Origin: Antedon mediterranea
Taxonomy: Eukaryota; Animalia; Echinodermata
DNA: 64,000 bases
Direction: 5' to 3'
Assembly (NCBI RefSeq): GCF_964355755.1
Contig: NC_092673.1
Span: 25,789,648-25,853,647 of the forward strand
The notes beneath the pieces are model-generated. The model had not been told where the DNA came from and ran no database searches. It saw nothing but the letters and a program-made list of their open reading frames with translations. This document shows, one piece after another, positions 1 to 13,400 of this stretch. Every line of letters starts with the position of its first letter. The first letter of the stretch is position 1. The position numbers were made by a program, and so were the translations under genes.

Positions 1-529
1 TAGAATAAGTCTATAAATAAATGTAATAATGAGGATTATGCCTTGCATCCACGTGGAAACCAGTGGAAGAGATTTATATATAGGCCTACATTTATGTTTA
101 CACATTAACCTACAAATTGAATATCAAGTCATGTAATCATGTCCTTATTTGTTAAAGCCATTGACTAGACAGGGAGTATAATATATTTTGACGTCATATA
201 TCATGTATTACGGTATTTTTATACCCTTTTATTTATTTTTATATATTTGCTGTACTATTGTGGTTGTTGAACAAGGTATTGTCGTGTATACTTTTAAATT
301 GACCTTGTTGTCCATATATTGACGTGCAATTTTAAGAACTATGAAAGGAAGGAAGGAATCACCCTATTCCGGATTCAGGGAATTGTTGACTACGGGGCGC
401 AGTTTAAAACTTTCTACTTTCTCATTTAAAAAAACTCTTAACTAAACGCAGCCACGAATTAATAGTAATAATAATGTAGGTATGTGTATAGCACTAGTAA
501 TAGTATCAACTAAACCGAAGTAAAAATCA

Positions 530-897
530 AAGGCGCTTGTATTAGATGTTAACAAGATGCGTTTTAAGTTCTTTTTTAAATATAGCAATAGATTTTGATT
601 TAGTAATATGTCGGGGGAGAGAATTCCAAGGAGAAGCAGCAGAGAACATAAAATACCTTTGTTCATAGGATTTGGTGTTTATTCTAAGAACAATCAGTAG
701 GTTCTGATCAGCCGAACGAAGACTAGCAAGATGGGTGTAGGAGGGAAGTAGAACAAGTATATAGGTTGTTTTAGAAGTAGCGTTTTAAATGTTAGTAAAA
801 GGATCTTATATTTTATACGGGAGTCAATAGGTAGCCAATGAAGGTTATATATAATAGGAGATATGTGTGAGGATCTTCTAGTAAGTGTTAGAATTTA
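530..897 (-). mobile_element. Degenerate 3' fragment of an L2/CR1-group LINE ORF2
   Basis: Minus-strand translation with frameshifts gives HISPIIYNLHWLPIDSRIKYKILLLTFK...LRS...FSAASPWNSLP...FKKELKTHL, the typical C-terminal motifs of L2-clade ORF2. Confidence 0.8.
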
Positions 898-1387
898 ACC
901 CTACAGCTTCTCACTAGGACGCAATGTAAAGACGTTAACGCAACGCGACCCATAACAAGCGATGGATTATGCGAAACTTGCGTTGCCTTTATGTTTTTGC
1001 GTCCTTGTGTGAGAACAAAGCGCACAAATAGGTTGACCAATCACGACGCGATTGGTGATGGGTGACACAGCTATATCCACTGTGCTATTCAGACTGTAGG
1101 CCTACTATATTGTCCACGAATTACTGTGGTGTATAACTGTCAATATTGTAGTAATGTTTCAAATGGCGCCTCATAAGATATACGGTTTACGTAGACGCAC
1201 AGACACACCCATTATTCCATTATTATTATTATTACAATACACGTACGTTATTACTGATGGCTATATAAAAAGTGTCATCTCATCGTGACAAAGATCACTG
1301 GCAAATAGGCCCATTGAAAAATAACCAAATAGATAACATAAATATAGTGACTTCCTTTCTTATATCTATTTTTCGATTCGTGTCTAA

Positions 1388-1603
1388 AGCTCTGTCTAGA
1401 CTATCAAACTTTATGTGACGAAAAAGTTTGATGTACCCATATGGTAGTGCTATGCTTAAATATGGTAGTGATATGACATCATCATGTCCATATATGGGCA
1501 CATCACATTTTTTTGACACATAAAGTTTGATAGTGTAGACAGGGCTTAAAGCTCTGTCTACACTATCAAACTTTATGTGTCAAAAAAATGTGATGTCACC
1601 ATA
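1388..1603. mobile_element. Harbinger/PIF-type MITE family A (one full copy plus an adjacent partial copy)
   Basis: TIR AGCTCTGTCTACACTATCAAACT, TAA flanks at 1385-1387 and 1547-1549. Further full or partial copies at about 5230, 5385, 11794, 13529, 19451, 29665, 31979, 50830, 53077, 53740, 54366, 56890, 57111, 59235 and 63000. Confidence 0.8.
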
Positions 1604-1849
1604 TTCCATTTGTCCTAGTTTGAATGGAAATTACTATGATTTGATTAAGTAAACACCGCCTATTCACAATAGTATATTTGAGATATATGTACGTGATAAC
1701 ATTTTCATCCATCACAAAAATAAAACAACATATTAATAAAACCCAATACCAAACTTTATTGCACAGATCGCATTTTAAAATGAGAATCACAGTATACAAA
1801 CATATCCAAATGTCTTAATTACAAAATCTTGCTACTAATGATAATGATA

Positions 1850-2010
1850 ATAATATTCGTTCTTACATAGCGCTTATTGCACAATGCTTCTAAGCGCTGA
1901 ACATTATTACCCCGGTCATTTGTTGTGGATCAAACACGTATGGAAACACACTCCAATAATGCAGCTAGTACTCAGCGCAAAGTTGTGTCTTGATCTAACC
2001 GGGTAGGCCT
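1850..2010 (-). mobile_element. 3' part of tRNA-derived SINE family D (L2-like tail)
   Basis: Matches 29890-30020 (+), 47053-47245 (-) and 56007-56127 (-): TAGCGC...CTAAGCGCTG...ATTATTACC next to an (AAT)n tail. Confidence 0.6.
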
Positions 2011-2989
2011 ACACATGGGAAACGAAAGTAAAATATCGTCGCCCCGTATCAAGGCAAATGATGTAATACATGTCACACATATATCACATGTACTTGTCAC
2101 TCTCTTAACATAATAGTTTAATATAAAACTTAACATTAACAAATAAAACTATTCGAGTGTTGTCCTTTAACGTAAAATGCATTAATAATTAACACAATTG
2201 ATTGTAAAGTTAAATTAAATAAGTTTAAATATAATAGTATATAATGTTATTTATCTTAAGCTTATTTCAAAATAAAGACTAAGCATGTTTTTCTAGTAGA
2301 TAAGGTTTAAAATTAAAGAGTTTCTTTGAGGATATTTTTCTATTAAGTAACTCCTGTATCATACGTCCTCCAACCATTGCGGATGATGAACATCCATATT
2401 AAATTTAAGCATATCATTAAACACCATTAGTAAAAAACATTTTGAATACCAATTAGGCCTACAGACATAATTTAAATTCAACAGACGTTTTTTTAAATCA
2501 TAACAATTTCAATACAACAATACGTGTGGGATCAATAACTGGCTTTAACCATTAGGCCTATTATGTTTATTTATTTATTTGTTTACCGGATACACAGTAT
2601 CCCAATACAATTGAATGTTGATCGGAGTCAAGTTTCAGAATAAAATGGATACCATTTTCCAAAAATTAATAATTAAGTTTTCAAAATTTTCAATAATTAC
2701 GCTTTTAATAAATACGTTTTATATAATTAAATACTTTAAAATAATACTGTTTAGTTTAGAACCGATTAAAGTGATAAAAATACATATTTGATATGCAATG
2801 GAATTAGTTTTGACAAACGTTATTTACAGTTGCATAGCAACAACTATCCACCTTTTTATCAATAAGAAATTGCATCAATATTTTTTATAAATATAATAAT
2901 TAATTGCATCTAATTACTACTTACAGTCTAGGTAAATTCGTTTAAAACCCTGTCGTAAATGCACCGGGATATCTTCCTAATAAGCTAAA

Positions 2990-3139
2990 CAGTAGAACCA
3001 CTCCTTTCGGGACACACCCCTATTAAGGGTGACACCCCTATTAAGGGTGAAACTTTAACATGAAACGAACAAATAAAAACCTTATTGAGAGGAAAGTTTG
3101 TTCAGTCCCGGAAGTGTCTTCTTAGTAGGAGTTCTACTG
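2990..3139. mobile_element. pogo/Tc1-mariner-like MITE
   Basis: Ends CAGTAGAAC...GTTCTACTG with internal GGACAC/GTGTC(C/T) motifs. Related pieces at about 21662-22100, 33760-33917, 44784-45210 and 47246-47358. Confidence 0.5.
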
Positions 3140-3256
3140 TTGTCATTACATTACGGTTATATCATGTAGCGTTTATAATAAATATTCAATGAAAGCTTAT
3201 TATTCATGATATTAGGATAGATATCCCGGTGATAAATATTCCAGTGGGTACAATAA

Positions 3257-3692
3257 AGCGTGGTTCCCACTAGCGACGCAACGTAACGCAACGCAGCGAC
3301 GTTTTGACGCAAAGTTCTATATTGCGTAATCACAAGTGAGAACGACGACGAAATAGTGTTGCATGCAAGCGGGGCACAACACAATTATCGGAAGGGCATT
3401 TTCTTACGTTGCGTCACTTGTGGGAACCAAGCTTAAGCATTGTTCTTGCTCTAAAGCAAGACACGTACGTCAAAACAACAGTAGGCCTACTGCCAAACTG
3501 TGACACGGGCTAAAGCTTGGTTCCCACTAGAACGTAACGCAAGGACGTAAACGCAACGCAAGCGTTTTAACCAATGACAAGCGAAGTTATAGACAGTTAG
3601 CAATCACAAGCGAATAAGCCATCGCTTGTGATTGGTCAATTCACTTGCGTTGCGTTACGTCCTTGCGTTGCGTCGCTAGTGGGAACCACGCT
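3257..3692. mobile_element. Two copies of Harbinger-type MITE family B (3257-3433 and 3514-3692)
   Basis: TIR AGC(G/T)TGGTTCCCACTAG, each copy flanked by TAA on both sides. Other copies at 9872-10077, about 14739-14886, about 20104-20218 and a degenerate one near 905-1015. Confidence 0.8.
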
Positions 3693-3861
3693 TAAGTACG
3701 TACAAATGACGCGCTTGCGTAATGCATACGTACTATACCACATTGGTGCATTGAACTATTTGCGAACTACACAGTGACGCATTTACATACTAACGTGACG
3801 GGCTTGATTACTTAATTGACGTATTTGCGTAAAATACAACGCATTGCACATTTTAAAAGTA

Positions 3862-6800
3862 TTACCCTTGTGATGTTGTTGTAGGCATATAGAGTGCAGT
3901 TACGTGGAAATCAACGTCAATGACATAGTGTGTTGTAGTCAATAGAAGTTCCATTGCATAATCATTTAGATCGGCCTTTCTGGTCTTGTTAGTATAATCA
4001 ACTGTCGTAGCGTTTCTTATTAATACTGCGTTTTGATTTCTATGTTTTATCTGCAAGAAAAAAGTTATGTTATTACATTTATTTAATGTTAAGTAGCTGT
4101 GCTGTTACTAAATGCATATTTTGTGAATTATGTAATTTGTGTAAATCACTCACGCGCGCCCAAACATGATTAACAAAAATATGGGTTTAATCAGGTAGCT
4201 GATGTGTTTGTGTTTTTAAGTGTTAATTGACCAAATAGAACTAGTAAATAGTTCCATGTCCGGTTTTTGACATATTTGCGAGTGAGAGTAATAACTATTA
4301 TGAAGCGAGGGAAAAAAATCAGTAATATTCGATTTGTTTATTTAAAACAGGGATGAGTGACACTTCCCTGTTTAGATTTTTAAAAAGACCGAAAATGTGG
4401 AAAATGCTGTTTTGATAGAGGTGGAATGAATCGCATAGAAGCGTGACGGAGCTATGTATGTAGGCCTACTGGTGTAACAAGAAAATAAGTAAGTAGGTCT
4501 AAAACGACAATTTAACAATCAAATTGTACTTACAATATTTGACATTTTATCACTGATGGTCGTCATCAAATCAGATACTTCCTGAAATTCATTGCTGAAG
4601 TTTCTTAGAGATTGGCTATATAATCGGGCTTCGTTCACCTTTACTTCTTGAAAGACAGTGCGGTATATACCGAGATCAGTTACGTATGTTAATAACAAGT
4701 CCACTTCCTGACGATTAAAAAAATATAGTAAATCAAACTGAACGGAATATATTTCATCAGTGTGGCATATGTTTATTAAGCACGTAATAGAGTAAGATTG
4801 TTCATCGTAATAATCAACCTTACAAGGTAAGAGGGACTAACATAAGAAAAATGCCTACAAAATGATCTAATCTTTGTTACACCTGCTGGTTTCTACGAAA
4901 TTCATTGACGGTGAATATAAGGACTGAATTCAGTATATGATATAATACGACGAACTATAAAGGGTCTATAGTTCGGTATTGTACTAATGTGTGAATTGTT
5001 CCATGGTTAAATACTACAGAGAACAGTCATTGTTGATCGACGTAAAGCGTTAATCAAGTGGAAACTATTCTTTGTGAATTCCTATAGTGCCATATGAATT
5101 ACATGTTATATAGTATTATAACGATTGTTATGGATCACCGGTGTCCGGATAAAAATCCCGCAGGCAGGATCCAGGACATCCGGTCCCGTCCCTTTATGTC
5201 TATCCTGTTGTCAGCCATAGTAGGACTGAAGCTCTGTCTACACCTCTGTCTAAACTATCAAACTAGTTTGACAAAAATGTGTGATGTGCCGAAATATGGT
5301 AGTGATATGACATCATCATGTCATTTGTTGTCACATAAAGTTTGATATGTACGTAGACAAGGAACAAGCAAATTATGTGAATAAAGCTCTGTCTACACTA
5401 TCAAACAAAAAGTTTGATGTACCCATATATGGTAGTGCTATGCTTAAATATGGTAGTGATATGACATCATCATGTCCATATATGGGCACATCACATTTTT
5501 TTGACACATAAAGTTTGATAGTGTAGACAGAGCTTTATGGATAGTATTATTTCAGTACTAATACTAACCCTTGCATTACGGGCGTCTTCAAACGCAAGAT
5601 GAGGTACAGTAATGTTAATGTCGTTGGTGTTGAAGTGTCGTCTACGGAAACGTGTCCGATTCTGTAAAAAAAAACAAGCTAATAAGTAAAAAATATTACA
5701 CTGAATAACATTAAAAGCATCATATCAGATACAATACTAATTTTAAAAAATACACCATGCTAGACATACACCTGAGTTTGTTTATAATATTTAAAAAATA
5801 GTGTGTACTAATTATTAAAACAATTTTCAGAATAAAAGTCCTTATATCATATTAAAATGAAAGTGATAGTAGGCCTAAGTTAAGTAAACACGTTAGTTAT
5901 TTTTATTGTAAGAATATTATACAACAAACAGAACAATAGTATGAATAGGAAAAACATCCTAAAGAACATTTACGTCATTAGTTACCGTAATCGTTTTGAT
6001 TGTAGAAGAATTCTAATAATGCGTCGGTAGGCCTATAGTTTATCAATCGTTGTCTTTTTAGGAGTATGATAATAAGGATAAGAATGATGATGGTAACCAT
6101 GAATGATGAGATGATGATGGGATGTTGTTGGTGATGTTACTGGTGATGTTACTGGTGAGTGGGAGGGTGATAAGATAGTAACATTGAGAATTAAATGTTA
6201 GAGATTGAGATGAGGATGGTAATATTGATGCGGATTTTGTTGATGAGTTTAAATCATAATGATAATGATATTGATGGTGATAGTGGTGTTACTGGTGACG
6301 AGGAGGATAATAAGATGGTTACATTGCGAATGTTAAAGATAGAGATGGGGATGATAATGTTATTGAGATAGAACATTCACTAACTGTGAATTGATTATAA
6401 TTGTGGAAAATCACTTACGTATTCGTTAACAAATGCACTGCAAGACCTCTGTAATTCCGTGATTTTCTCAATAAGAGATGTGTGATGTATTGTCCCTGCT
6501 AATGACACAGACGTTTTGAAGCAGACCAGTATAAACAATGATCCTGAAAGATCAACGTAAAATGATTATTATCTTTTTTAATTTCAATTCACACTCGGAG
6601 AGCCCATCACTTACTAATTGGAATACATAGCAATACGAGACAACATGACAAGAGCAAAACACAATGTGAACTTTGTTGTAATAATTTGTTTGTAACTTTC
6701 AGCTATGGGTTACCCTCATGGTATCGTGTTTGAGTATCGATTAAAGCAAACAAATAAACCAACTTAAAATATTTCTTAATTTTGGATTTATTTAAAGATA

Positions 6801-7729
6801 AACTATGACAGAAAATATCAATATAATGCATGAAATATTAATTAAATAATCTCGGAAGTCTACAAATAAATTTACTGTACACATCCGTTTGGAGGTATCA
6901 CTTATGCCTACTTAAATGTTGCTTACTGCACGTATAAACAAAACCTATCACACATGGCGTGCTTATTCACTCTTCCCTGGCTTATTTACCGATAAACATA
7001 ATGACCGATTTTTCATGTAGTACCGGTATAAAAATAGATAACATGCTACTTTATTTAATGTCACAATTTTCTACATTTACTATCATGAAAAGTCGGACAA
7101 CTGTAATGTTATGGCTAAATTAGTATATTAAATATAAAAAAACTCGTAATAGTTCACTACATTTGTTTGGCCATGTAATTATTGTTTATTTGCATTATTA
7201 TTATGTATTATGAAATATTGCTTTAATTTAGAAATAATTACCAATTTATACAGTTTTTAATTGATTAAAATAAATCATTGCGTGCCACAGAAAGTGTAAA
7301 TGGGTCATGTTTACAAATGAAATACCCTTATAGGCATATACCATTGCAAATAAAAAATTCGGATACATCTTAATATTTCGTATCGTTAATTTTCATGAGC
7401 TGTGATAGTGAGAGAACAGTTGTAGTAAGGAGACAAGAAACTGCACGTGCTGTCTATGTATCTAGACATAATACCGTACGGGAATCGGGTATTCGAAAAA
7501 GTATACATGCCTCAGTAAAATACATCACGCATGCAACCGAATAGGCGTTGCAGTAAAATCAACCAAACAATTGTACTGCAGTAAAAATAATACGTTGCTA
7601 AGAAGCGTTGCAGTAAAAATACATTATCCAACATCTTGAAAACAACGATAAAATTGCCGTCAATTTATCGTATATAATTATCTTAAGTAAATTAAAAAAT
7701 AACTTACCAAATATATTAATAACCATCAT
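3862..7729 (-). CDS. Secreted 200-aa protein, candidate long-chain four-helix (IL-6/CNTF/LIF-like) cytokine, gene A. Exons 7729-7708, 6543-6419, 5661-5569, 4707-4534, 4050-3862
   Basis: All four introns are GT-AG with phases 1,0,0,0 and the spliced frame is open: MMVINIFGSLFILVCFKTSVSLAGTIHHTSLIEKITELQRSCSAFVNEYNRTRFRRRHFNTNDINITVPHLAFEDARNAREVDLLLTYVTDLGIYRTVFQEVKVNEARLYSQSLRNFSNEFQEVSDLMTTISDKMSNIIKHRNQNAVLIRNATTVDYTNKTRKADLNDYAMELLLTTTHYVIDVDFHVTALYMPTTTSQG*. Hydrophobic signal peptide, 5 N-glycosylation sequons. The gene model is read from sequence; the family is inference. Confidence 0.8.
5385..5534. mobile_element. MITE family A copy in intron 3 of gene A (second degenerate copy at 5230-5360)
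   Basis: Complete TIRs AGCTCTGTCTACACTATCAAAC...GTTTGATAGTGTAGACAGAGCT. Confidence 0.8.
6060..6370. repeat. Degenerate (GAT/GGT)n low-complexity tract in intron 2 of gene A
   Basis: Repeated GATGAT, GGTGAT and GTTACTGGTGA units. Confidence 0.7.
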
Positions 7730-8734
7730 TATAGCAATATACAGCTTTAAATGTAAAGAATCGAAATGATTGGTAAGTCGGTGAGTAAATTTTTGCTTGT
7801 TGGTCCTATTAACAATTTTAGTTTATTTATGTTGATGAAAAACTCAGAAATGATGGATGCATTGGTTTAAACTGTTGCTTTTATTTGTTTTTAAGAGGAT
7901 TTACAATTGAATACTATTGTAAATTATTATTAGAAATCTTTGTCAAAGCCGGACCGACGTGACGCAAAATCTATTTTTGGGTTTAAGGATTCGTGAAGGA
8001 AAAGGGTTGACCTTTAACGAATTTTGTTGCTATCTAAAAGCACAATAATATCAATTGTTTTGTTATTTTTAAGTTTCATTTTTTATAAGTTTTCCAAGAA
8101 AATTTTTAAGAGTTGGGCTTACTTGATTTTTTTTTGTTTTTTGTAGTGCCTTATTCATTAACTTGTTTCATTTTTTAGATTGAGGTTTAAACCGTGGGAG
8201 TAAGGGACAAAACCAATAAAACACAATTTTAAATTATTACAAATGTTGTTTTATTTTATTTGTTATTACAATTTTGAATAACATTAGGACTAATTAATTG
8301 GTAGTAATAAAAGTATATGTTTAATGTGCAGAGCTTTCAACAAAATTCCCGTGATGTACGTATGACGAGGCCCTTTCATGTATAGCTTAAGTGGGTGATG
8401 CCTTAAGTGAAATAAGGAGGCAAAGATTATCACTCGTATAATACTCCTGTGAGCCGTTACTTTTATTGGATGGCTATATTATTGCTATGGGTATTTTAAT
8501 TAGTAAGCGTACAGTCTTACCGGTTTTTCAATTATTCAAGTATTATATTTTGAATCATGTAGGTCTTTCAAAGTTATTTCCCGTGGTTTACATGCACTTT
8601 ATATTAGGTCTACAATTTCATTATAAGTATAAGTTGGTTATACATCATGTTACCCATCTAACAGGTTGCAGAATTATAAGTATATTTTGAAAATATGTTT
8701 TCCATGGTTTACGTACTTTATGATGAGTGTGTGA

Positions 8735-8925
8735 CAGTGGCTGTGTGTATACTAGTACACCGGGGTAACCCCCTACTCGTCTCGAAAGATGTACCAGGTC
8801 CTACGGTTTATATTTCTTATCCAAGAAGACTCATTCTACCATACCGCCAGAATCATGTAGCAGGCGAACCCGGAACCCTTGCTGATTTTATGGCTAGATT
8901 TTATGGTTCCACTGTCTTAACCGAT
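8735..8925 (-). mobile_element. Deu/Nin-domain tRNA-SINE family C copy
   Basis: Colinear with the best copy at 38660-38915. Confidence 0.75.
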
Positions 8926-10151
8926 TAGGCACCCACTTGATAACAATAATATAATATTATTCATAGTATTTGTGTCGACAACAATTCCTTCTTTTCCTCG
9001 GTCAATAATTATCATCATCGTGTAATCATCTGTACCTGTCATTGTCATCACCACCATCATCGTATTCATAACCATCACCATCATCAGTACGGTGATCAAC
9101 ATCATTTATTATTAAGATTTATCTTGTTTTCCCATTATATTCGTTCAATGTATTAACGAAATACAGGAACAAAACATAATTCATTATTTCAAGTTACTAA
9201 CCAGTACCAACACGACCGAGACTAGAACTCGGAATCTTCTGCCTGATATATCTACCATTTAGGCTATCATTATGATAGTCAAATTACTCATATATGTTTT
9301 GGTTTTAACCATTATTTAAACATAGGGCCACTAATCAGTTTCTCTCTTTCGTTAGAACAATATACAGTACTGAAAAAAATGTTGTTAGACCTATTTATTG
9401 ATAAACGACTTATTCCTATATGCATTTATAAAAAAATGAATAATATAGAACATTTGATTATAAAAAAAATAAGAATAGAATTAAGTTTAATATAGAAAAT
9501 AACAGAGATGTTCACAGAAATTATTAAAAGAATTGTTTCCTTTTTTGGTATGATTGATGCGCTATTTATACCGGCATCAAAGAGGGTTTGGCTTTGTGCT
9601 TCCGACCAATTACAAATGGATTGCTTCCAGAACAGATTAACAATATATCGTTGTATAGGATAATACAATATAGAATCACTTCAAATATATAATTAATCCT
9701 CATCGGTTAATAGATTAAGGCCATCTATCCTGCTGCGATTATCGGCCAAGGAATTAGCACGTGTGTGGACGTTCCATTGTCCACGATACCAATTTTGGTA
9801 GTCCGGACCATCTATCGTGTCGTGATTGGTCAATTTACTTACGTCGCATCCAAGTGGAAACCAATCTCTAAAGCGTGGTCCCCACTAGAACGTAACGAAG
9901 TGACGTATTGACGCAAAGATAATTATGTATTGCGTAATCAGAAGTGGGAACCGACGACGCAACAGTGCTGCAAACATCGAAGGTTTGATTTCACGCAGAC
10001 GGGGGAAACATATTGGAAGGGCATTTTCTTAGGTTGCGTCGGTTGCGTTATGTTGCGTCGCTAGTGGGAACCAAGCTTTAGGGAGGCTTCAACAAATATT
10101 ATTAGCCAGTTTGAATCGAAAGGAATGGTCACTCTGCTAGATAAATCTTAA

Positions 10152-10444
10152 AGATGTATTGTCCCCCAAAAACATAACAAAAATAAAGATTAATAAAATT
10201 AGACTTTAAATATGCTATTTTTGCATTTTATAGAGCAGAGGAATGAAAGTTTTCCTTATAAAAAGAAAGCATAAATTCTTCAATGTAACCAATTATTGTC
10301 TGACAGAAAATTTACTATATTTTGCTTTGAATTACGTTGATTTAGGTAAATGTTTTTCTCTTATGTGTCATTAAAATGACATATTCAACATACACACTTA
10401 AAAAAGGTATTTTTTTCGAGAGGTGGAGGGGTGACAGTATATCT
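10152..10444. mobile_element. Kolobok-like MITE (TTAA target, AG...CT ends)
   Basis: TTAA|AGATGTATTGTCCCCC...GGGGTGACAGTATATCT|TTAA. A second copy at 21717-22018 is nested in a pogo-like MITE. Confidence 0.6.
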
Positions 10445-13400
10445 TTAAAATTTAAAATTGTCATTTACATAGATATATTATTGTACTTCCTGTTCATTTT
10501 TAAATACAGTATTGTTATTGTTTTGTTTATTATATCAATATTCCAGTTATTAATCGGCAACAATAATACAGAAGTGTCGGGAATTAAACGTCAGGCAAAA
10601 ACCACAACTAAGCTTACGATGCATGTTACGGCGTGTTACCTGATGGAAAAAACCCCACCCTTCAAAGTGACAAATTGAAGGAAGATTCCTTGGAACTAAA
10701 CGATCTTAGTGTTACATACGCCCACTAAATAATCAATCTTCTGGTATCAAAATAAACTCTTCCTTAAACACACAAAAATAACAACGAAATATGAAATAAG
10801 TGTTCCTTCTAGAACAGTGTAAATTATTTTTTTATAAAAGGAAAAAAAACGTTTTATCGATGTTAATATTATTACAATCAAAATAGGCATAGATCAGCAT
10901 AAATTATATTCAATGAGGTAAATTGTCATTTACATAGATATATTATTGTACTTCCTGTTCATTTTTAAATACAGTATTGTTATTGTTTTGTTTATTATAT
11001 CAATATTCCAGTTATTAATCGACAACAATAATACAGAAGTGTCGGGAATTAAACGTCAGGCAAAAACCAAAACTAAGCTTACGATGCATGTTACGGCGTG
11101 TTACCTGATGGAAAAATTCCCACCCTTCAAAGTGACAAATTGAAGGAAGATTCGTGTTACATACGCCCACTAAATAATCAATCTTCTGGTATCAAAATAA
11201 ACTCTTCTTTAAACATACAAAAATAACAACGAAATATGAAATAAGTGTTCCTTCTAGAACAGTGTAAATTATTTTTTTATAAAAGGAAAAAAAACGTTTT
11301 ATCGATGTTAATATTATTACAATCAAAATAGGCATAGATCAGCATAAATTATATTCAATGAGGGCGATCTATCTATCTATCTATCTATATCTATCTATTT
11401 TCTCTTTTCTAATCTGATCAATATGATATTGTTTGCGTGGTTACGGAAATGAAATAATTGAAGACTACTTAATCCCAGAAAAGTAAGGGAAAATAAAATA
11501 TGTTCAGGTATTTCTAGAGGAATGTACTCTATATATTTGCTAGTTTTAAGGATTTCCGCTTAATAAATATCATAATGTTATACAATTTTCCTTTCATATT
11601 GTATACAATGTAATTTTTAATTAAGCCAACGAAATGCTTGCTGTGTCATCTTAAGAGAAAATGTTAAACAGTTTTACTTCACCTCATGCATAATTAGGAG
11701 GATGTGGAAGTCCCATCCTCTAACTTTACAAAATAGAAAATCCGATGGGTTGATCCCTTCAATATTAAGAAGACAATTTCTTCCATTTGCTAAGGCTCTG
11801 TCTACACTATCAAACTTTATGTGACAAACAAATGTGACGTGCCCATATGCGGACATGATGATGTCATATCACTACCATATTTAAGCATATCACTACCATA
11901 TTTAAGAACATCACACTTTTTTGTCAAAGTAGTTTGATAGTGTAGTTTAAATATTTTAATTGTTTTTTTAAGCCTGAAAGACAATATATTTTAATTAAAT
12001 TTTTTTAAATGTAATATGGTTCCATGAATAGTCAAATTAATTCTTAAATACGAAAAAACACAATTAATAACTGAAAAAAATTGTATTAACACGCTTGATA
12101 AAAATTAATGTATGGAATTTAACGAATTACAACAAATAGAAATGTGTTAATTTATCTTCGCGGGATATTGACTTCGCGGTAATTGACGACCTCATCAATA
12201 ATTTTTATTATATATTCATTATGTCCTTTGATTTCCTTTTGTGCTTCTACAGTACACACATTTCTTAATTGAAGAAAATATATAAAATAATACCTAATGG
12301 CCCATCGACAGTTTATTTATAATTATCTTTGAAATAGTTTTAATGATGTTTTGTTTGTCAAAGAGCTTAACGTTGGAAAATATATGTAATGCATAATGGT
12401 GTTTAGAGCAGAGGAATGAAAGTTTTCCTTATAAAAAGAAAGCATAAACTCTTCAATGTAACCAATTATTGTCTGACAGAAAATTTACTATATTTTGCTT
12501 TGAATTACATTGTTTTGGGTAAATTTTTTTCTCTTATGTGTCATTAAAATGACATATTCAACATACACACTTAAAAAAGGTATTTTTTCGAGAGGAGGAG
12601 GGGGGACAGTATATCTTTAAAATTTAAAATTGTCATTTACATAGATATATTATTGTACTTCCTGTTCATTTTTAAATACAGTATTGTTATTGTTTTGTTT
12701 ATTATATCAATATTCCAGTTATTATTCGGCAACAATAATACAGAAGTGGGGAATTAAACGTCAAGCAAAAACCACAACTAAGCTTACGATGCATGTTACG
12801 GCGTGTTAACTGATGAAAAAACCCCACCCTTCAAAGTGACAAATTGAAAGAAGATTCCTTGGAACTAAACGATCTTAGTGTTACATACACCCACTAAATA
12901 ATCAATCTTCTGGTATCAAAATAAACTCTTCCTTAAACACACAAAAATAACAACGAAGTATGAAATAAGTGTTCCTTCTAGAACACTGTAAAATATTTTT
13001 TTATAAAAGGAAAAAAAAACGTTTTATCGATGTTAATATTATTACAATCAAAATAGGCATAGATCAGCATAAATTATATTCGATTAGGGCGATCTGTCTA
13101 TCTATCTATCTCTATCTATCTATTTTCACTTTTCTAATCTGATCAATATGATATTGTTTGCGTGGTTACGGAAATGAAATAATTGAAGACTACTATACTT
13201 AATCCCAGAAAAAGTAAAGGAAAATAAAATATGTTCAGGTATGTCTAGAGGAATGTACGGTACTCTATATGTTTGCTAGTTTTAAGGATTTCCGCTTAAT
13301 AAATATCATAATGTTATACAATTTTCCTTTCATATTGTATACAATGTAATTTTTAATTAAGCCAACGAAATGTTTGCTGTGTCATCTTAAGAGAAAATGT

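Noticed and set aside
1295-1519. Recurring [13 protein letters not shown] / [10 protein letters not shown] ORFs (also 5094, 11674, 13410, 13553, 19306, 54252)
   Set aside because: Translations of the non-coding family A MITE.
7510-7625. Spaced repeats of (G)CAGTAAAA resembling a CRISPR-like array
   Set aside because: Only four short degenerate units in a eukaryotic intron with no cas genes; probably a transposon remnant.
8917-9105. Met-rich 62-aa ORF
   Set aside because: Translation of a degenerate (CAT)n low-complexity tract.
10376-11143. Repeated ORFs of 100 and 65 aa with a hydrophobic stretch
   Set aside because: They come from the AT-rich triplicated block, the first starts inside a MITE, and the third copy is frameshifted. 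No splice support.
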